Shown here in pieces: positions 10,199 to 14,950 of a stretch of DNA of 14,950 nucleotides (position 1 is the first letter of the stretch; each line of letters begins with the position of its first letter). Both the position numbers and the translations under genes were made by a program. Below the pieces are notes generated by a model that saw only the letters and a list, made by a program, of their open reading frames with translations, was not told the origin of the DNA and did not search any database. This DNA comes from Amoeboradix gromovi X-113 (lineage: Eukaryota > Fungi > Sanchytriomycota), in assembly GCA_018985225.1 (NCBI GenBank), contig JADGIF010000201.1:1-14950 (forward strand). Reading direction: 5' to 3'.

Positions 10199-10689
10199 CA
10201 TCTGGGACATCAAATATAAAAACTGGACTAACTTTCTATAACAACTTGGAATATTATTTCAGCTTTATTAATTTTATGGATTTAAGAGGCGAGTGGGCAT
10301 TCAGCTAGTTGCGGAGTTGACGAGTATAAAAGGAAAATAAATATTCTGTACAGCTATTCTCTTACTCTTTCATTCAATCTTTATTTCAAATAAATATCAC
10401 TATTACTCTGTAAAAACTAGAATAGATAAGAGTAATGATGTAAGTATAACATTACAAAATGACTCTAGAAAAGAGTACCGTCTAAGAAAATGCACCTTTT
10501 GATTAGATGCTCAAAGACCTCATATATTTGAACGAGATGCAGGGTCTTCTAGTTTTATTTTAAAAGAGGAATACAATCAATGAAAGAAAACTGGTATAAT
10601 AAAAGATCTTTTATTAATGATAGCATTCCTCCGTATGGTGCACCTTTAAAAACGAGTTAGTCTAGTTTTTATGTTTGGTGTCCCATATT
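10199..10689 (+). mobile_element. Full-length MITE (non-autonomous DNA transposon) with ~30-bp TIRs, possibly Tc1/mariner-type
   Basis: Left TIR 10204-10233 is GGGACATCAAATATAAAAACTGGACTAACT. The reverse complement of 10655-10684 is GGGACACCAAACATAAAAACTAGACTAACT (27/30 match). There is no coding capacity and two more copies occur in the window. TA precedes the left end in two copies, but the right-end TSD is ambiguous. Confidence 0.88.
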
Positions 10690-10716
10690 AGTATTAGTTT
10701 TTCACACTTTGGAGTA

Positions 10717-11379
10717 ATGAATAAAAAAACGATCGCAATTTCTGTTGCTGTCGGCACACTTCTCAGTATCGTTCACTTAGCCAGATACTACTATTCCAAA
10801 AAGCAAAAAAGACCCACTTTTGACACAGAATCCGTTTGTAGAGATGTCATGCTACGATTTAATGACTTTTTTCCAAACACTCTTAGTATCCCGCAGCCTA
10901 ATAAGTTCACAATAATCCCATTTCATCAACTCTTTCTTTCGAAAAACAGTAACCACTTTATTCATAGCACACTACGTAAATCTGACTGCTTAAATGATAT
11001 GATCTATGTTTATCCAGTCGAGATGGACCAAGATGCACCAAAATCCATGATAGTATTAATTAAGCTGGGAAAAGCTGTTGACGGATATTACCAGATTACT
11101 CATGGTGGATTGACGGCTGCCATTTGTGATGATATGTTTGGCGCATTATTTTTCAAATCTCAAGTACAACAGTTGGACCCGAATGGTCACATGAAGAACG
11201 GGGTTACTGCAAACCTTAATATAGATTATAGGAAGCCCGTTGTCCCCGGAAAATGGATTATTTGGGTTGGGTGCATTCATAAAGTTGAAAACAGAAAGAC
11301 TTTTTTGCTATGCAAAGTATTGAACTTAGATTCTGAGATATTGGCTGAAGGCTCGTGTTTGTTTATAACACCAAAATAG
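10717..11379 (+). CDS. Hotdog-fold acyl-CoA thioesterase (THEM4/PaaI-like) with N-terminal membrane anchor
   Basis: LGKAVDGYYQITHGGLTAAICDDMFG, VTANLNIDYRKPV, KVENRKTFL and LAEGSCLFI. ATG 10717 (MNKKTIAISVAVGTLLSIVHLARYYY) is preferred over TTG 10675, which lies inside the MITE TIR. Confidence 0.92.
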   Translation: MNKKTIAISVAVGTLLSIVHLARYYYSKKQKRPTFDTESVCRDVMLRFNDFFPNTLSIPQPNKFTIIPFHQLFLSKNSNHFIHSTLRKSDCLNDMIYVYPVEMDQDAPKSMIVLIKLGKAVDGYYQITHGGLTAAICDDMFGALFFKSQVQQLDPNGHMKNGVTANLNIDYRKPVVPGKWIIWVGCIHKVENRKTFLLCKVLNLDSEILAEGSCLFITPK

Positions 11380-11600
11380 CTATTAATAAATTAAACCTGG
11401 TTTACTTTTGTTAGTTTGTTTAACAAACCTTCCATAATTAGGGATACCTCACTCTTGAGGCTTTGTAATAGCAAGGGAACAAGTAACCAGACAACGTTCG
11501 TTTTGACAATCCACATATAATCCATTTGTTATTAGATTTATTACAACTCCAAGACTTATAATTAAGATAGAGAGCGCAATAAAATACGCAATTTGTTTAT

Positions 11601-13125
11601 TCAAGAAGAAGCAAACTTACTCGTTGATACTGTATCTTTTGAGGACAAAATATTTCGTGAAGTACCCTGTGAATTTAATCTGCTGTTTAACTCTTTCTTA
11701 AATTCTCTCTTAAATGGAGCCCTCTGCATTACGAATCCCAAGAAGGTTATGTCCATAACAAATCTAACGAATAAACTTATCCATTGGGACATTGAGAAAT
11801 CAAACATTTTTTGCAATGGGTCAGAAATATAAGTTGGTGATGAGTATAGCAATTCCGTGCCCGGTTCCTCTATGCTACTTGTCTTTGAAGTCCTAGATGT
11901 TCCTAAATTAGCTCAAACTACTTTTAAGAGAGGTCGACAAAAACTTAACAGATGATTTTAGAGTTTGAGTAAGTAATGGGTGCGTTGAAATAATGAAACC
12001 TGACACAGTAGAGGAGGTATTTGGTTCTGATAAATATCCTGTATCCAGCATTATACTTGAAGTTTCACTAGATAGATTGCTATAAGTATTGTTAAAAGTA
12101 TATAGGCTGGTGACAGAATTAGAATAGGATTTGGTTGTAAAATACGACGACAAAGTTCGACTTGTTGATGATAGTCTTGATATCGTTATTGGCAACAAAG
12201 CAGCACTGTATATACCAGTCATCACACATCCCTGTAGCTGAGGGTCATTAGCATGCTCTAACAAAGGAGTGTATGATATTATACAAGTAGCCATTGCCGC
12301 AGTATCGTGAAAAACAACCTCAGTAAACAGTTGGTATTCAATTTTAAAAGAAATTGGTGACCATAGTTCTACTTTGCCTGTGAAACGATTTCCTGGTAAG
12401 AATCCGATATGAAAATACAGCATACCGCTAGGAATCGTTGGTAATGTTCCGTTCATTCGGTTATCACCAATGTATAGGACGTACAAACTTGGAGGTAGTG
12501 GTGGTAAGGTCCCTGTTAAGCTATTTGACCATCCATTAAAAGTAGTCAACGATGCGGGAAGCGACCTTGGAAATGGGCAAGATATCTTGTTGCTGTGGAA
12601 TTGAAAAGATTGGATGTTTGGAGGGAATTGAGGCAAAACACCAGTCAACTTGTTATATCCAACGTTGATGAATGTCAAGGAATCTGGCAAAGGATTGGGA
12701 ATACTACCAGTTATAGCAGCAGTTGCGGCAGTATTATGTAGATCTAGGGACTCTAAAGAGCTAGGCAAATACTGGCCCAAAATAGTTCCATCAAGGTTCA
12801 TTCCTGACCAGTTTATACCGACTACAGTATCGCCATAACAGGTAATGCCTGAAGCACTGCAACAATCATTTTGTACTTGACTATAAACAAATGGCTGCTT
12901 TGTGTTTAAATGTAAACCTATTGCTAATTTTTCTAGCTTTTGACAATCCGTTAAAGATACTGTAGCTGAACTTGTTGACCATGTGGCACTGCTGTTTGTT
13001 AGTGATGATGAGGGCAACAAATTGACTGCAGAACTAGTGTAATAGTCAATAGTATTTGAGGCAATTGTTGATTGGAGTTGGTCAGTAGATGAAACACTTT
13101 TAATCAAACTGAACAAGAAGCTCAT
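11601..13125 (-). CDS. LRR receptor-like surface protein (signal peptide, Cys-capped LRRs, Ser/Thr stalk, TM, basic tail). Frame broken near 11910 by a probable short intron or frameshift.
   Basis: ORF 11908-13125 has a signal peptide, an N-cap (DC..L...DCCSASGITC...V.GINWSGMNLDG), plant-type LRRs (NKLTGVLP, NSLTGTLPPLPPSL, NRMNGTLP) and an S/T-rich stalk. The +1 frame continues the stalk into WISLFVRFVMDITFLGFVM-QRAPFKREFKK, with a stop at 11601. Confidence 0.82.
11903..11921 (-). other. Candidate 19-nt spliceosomal intron (an alternative donor at 11999 gives 97 nt)
   Basis: Minus strand GTAGTTTGAGCTAATTTAG has a GT donor, GCTAAT branch-like motif and TAG acceptor. Removing it deletes the stop and restores the frame (..LKRTSRTS..). 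Confidence 0.4.
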
Positions 13126-13289
13126 TTCAAATGCTGACCATGATGAAGTTTTAATTCCATGTTCCTCATTCTTGATTGGATTTTAAAGCCACTTAATCGT
13201 CGATCGATTTAGTAATACCAAATACAATGTGGTCGCTGACTAGCACTGAGACTTGACATTCAAATTAAATCATAAAATTCATTTATTTC

Positions 13290-14090
13290 TCAATTTTGTG
13301 CCTGCTCAGCTTGCGGTGAATCTACACGATCAACGTCCTTACCAGCGGGAACAGTGCTCCAACCTGTTGGTGATAACTCACGTTGAACAGGTTTGTCAAT
13401 TCTTTCTTCACCCCTTCCACGGTCTTCGCGTCTTTCATCTCTTCTGTCATCACGACGTGGCTGATACTCTCTTCGCTCATCCCTTCTGTCGTAATTACCT
13501 CCTCGTCTATCATCCCGTTCTCGATAATTTGGGCGATAGTTATCACGAGGAACTGGACTACGACTTCTTGCTCTCTCATTTCTAGGCTCAGAGCACTCAT
13601 AAGATTTGTGTCCTACCTTTTTACAGTTGAAACAACTGATAGGGCGTCTCTCGTAACTGCCGGGTGGCCCGTCTCGTCTAGAGTCATTACGGGAGGGATA
13701 ACCACGATCATCGCGTCTAACATCCCTACCATACTCCCTTGAGTTTCTGCGATCATCAAATCTATCATTACCACCGTCAGGGCAGAAACGAGCCACATGT
13801 CCAACTTTTTTACATTTAAAACATTCTCTCTCATCTTGGCCAAGATCTCTTGAGTATGGTCCAGGACCTTTGCATGGCTCCACTACAATTCTATCAGTGC
13901 CCATTGTATAGCCATCCAAGCTTCGAATAGCCTCTTGACCGCTGGCATCCTCTGAGAAAGATAGAAATGCATAATTTCTTTTTAAAGCAAGTTGGGAAAT
14001 GTTACCATACTTACTGAATAAGTTGCGTAACTCGTCCTCTCGGATATCACTTGGCAATCTACCAACAAACAACTTGGCCGAAGAGCTCAT
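13290..14090 (-). CDS. SR-like splicing factor: RRM, two CCHC zinc knuckles, RD/RE-rich tail (SRSF7/RS2Z-like)
   Basis: RRM KLFVGRLP...LRNLFSKYG...KRNYAFLSF...AIRSLDG...RIVVE, knuckles CFKCKKVGHVARFC and CFNCKKVGHKSYEC, RARSRSP and many DRR/DERRE repeats. An alternative in-frame ATG lies at 14114. Confidence 0.93.
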   Translation of the reverse strand: MSSSAKLFVGRLPSDIREDELRNLFSKYGNISQLALKRNYAFLSFSEDASGQEAIRSLDGYTMGTDRIVVEPCKGPGPYSRDLGQDERECFKCKKVGHVARFCPDGGNDRFDDRRNSREYGRDVRRDDRGYPSRNDSRRDGPPGSYERRPISCFNCKKVGHKSYECSEPRNERARSRSPVPRDNYRPNYRERDDRRGGNYDRRDERREYQPRRDDRRDERREDRGRGEERIDKPVQRELSPTGWSTVPAGKDVDRVDSPQAEQAQN

Positions 14091-14749
14091 TGTAACAGGG
14101 GGGAGACATACCATGTCGACTAAACCGTCTTAAGATCCAAACAAGTTCAACATTTCCCCGGCTATGGCTTATTTATAAAAACAGATTCTGTTCCAGATAA
14201 TTTAATGGATAATATTGCTATTTTAAATATGTGATTGTACCTTGGAAATTTTCTCACAGTCTTGTTTTACAATTTCTCGATACCACGCTAGAAAGTGTAG
14301 CGGGCATCACTATGAAATTTGAAGGCAAAAGCTTTATTGTAATAAGAATAGCTTTACTTAAATGCACTCATATGCTGGTTGCACCTTGAGCAGCTATCAA
14401 TTTCAATTGAATAAATCATTTGTACTGATTTCATGAGCTTTAATGTCATAAAAAAGTGAAAGGATCAGTTTAAAGTAATAAATAATTTAGTGGCCAAACT
14501 TGTACGAGGTGCGGTACTCTCAAGAAACCAGTTAGGAGACATGTGCATGTACAAACTGTTGTTAAGAAGTGGGTTATGAATATGTTGCAGTAAGTAAAAT
14601 ATGATTGAAGTATATGCATCCTTGTTTAATCCCGCCTGAGGGTGGTGGAATGTTAGCAATCACCGTAACGGAGTGACTACCATTGTCAGTTTCTCTGTGG
14701 AAACTCCCGATTTTCTGGGGAATCAGGACTTTTAATGAAAACAGGATCT

Positions 14750-14950
14750 CATATGGGACACCAAATATAAAAACTACACTAACTCATTTTTAAAGGTGCT
14801 CTATACGGATGAAATGCTATCATTAATAAAAGATCTTCTATCATACCAATTTTCTTTCATTACTTTCAATCCCCTCTTCAAAATAAAACTAGAAGACCCT
14901 GCATCTCGTTCAAATATGAGGTCTTTGAGCATCTAATCAAAAGGTGCATT
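14750..14950 (-). mobile_element. Partial copy (right-TIR half) of the same MITE, running off the right window edge
   Basis: The reverse complement of 14751-14950 aligns to 10489-10688 at roughly 88-90% by eye, with one divergent patch. It begins CATATGGGACACCAAATATAAAAACTACACTAACT. Confidence 0.9.

Noticed and set aside
9866-10308. ORFs 10021-10308 and 9866-10066 as possible transposase fragments
   Set aside because: They show no DDE or HTH motifs. The former simply reads across the MITE boundary.
10675-10716. N-terminal extension of the thioesterase from TTG 10675
   Set aside because: It is a non-ATG start located inside the MITE TIR, in a eukaryotic context.
289-12838. Short antisense or alternative-frame ORFs inside the long genes (e.g. 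1065-1457, 2676-2888, 5520-5777, 6027-6393, 9453-9680, 12650-12838)
   Set aside because: They are shadows of well-supported CDSs.
13253-13843. Overlapping and antisense ORFs across the SR gene
   Set aside because: They are by-products of the repetitive Arg/Asp-rich coding sequence and carry no independent motifs.
14675-14700. ACAGAGAA on the minus strand as U6 snRNA
   Set aside because: The downstream U6 sequence (GATTAGCATGGCCCCTG) is absent.
1-14950. CRISPR arrays, tRNA/rRNA genes, prokaryotic operon or defence system
   Set aside because: I saw no regularly spaced repeats or RNA gene signatures, and the gene content is eukaryotic.

Overview
This is AT-rich, gene-dense, nearly intron-free eukaryotic DNA in the standard genetic code. 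The gene content is fungal-type. The LRR protein resembles an expanded family I recall from early-diverging zoosporic fungi such as sanchytrids, which is an inference. Recognisable genes are a CAP10/Cxt1-like GT90 glycosyltransferase, a Sur1/Och1-like GT32 mannosyltransferase, MPE1/RBBP6, a THEM4/PaaI-like thioesterase, a signal-peptide LRR receptor-like protein whose transmembrane tail is out of frame, and an SR-like protein with an RRM and two zinc knuckles. Between them lie two orphan putatively secreted proteins, a broken orphan gene and a small cupin-like ORF. The clearest non-coding structure is a ~490-bp non-autonomous TIR element (MITE) present three times: complete at ~10199-10689 and as reverse-orientation partial copies at both window edges. 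The most intriguing unproven signal is that several broken reading frames can be repaired by very short GT-AG introns (19, 23, 45 and 63 nt), three of which share a GTAGTY donor.
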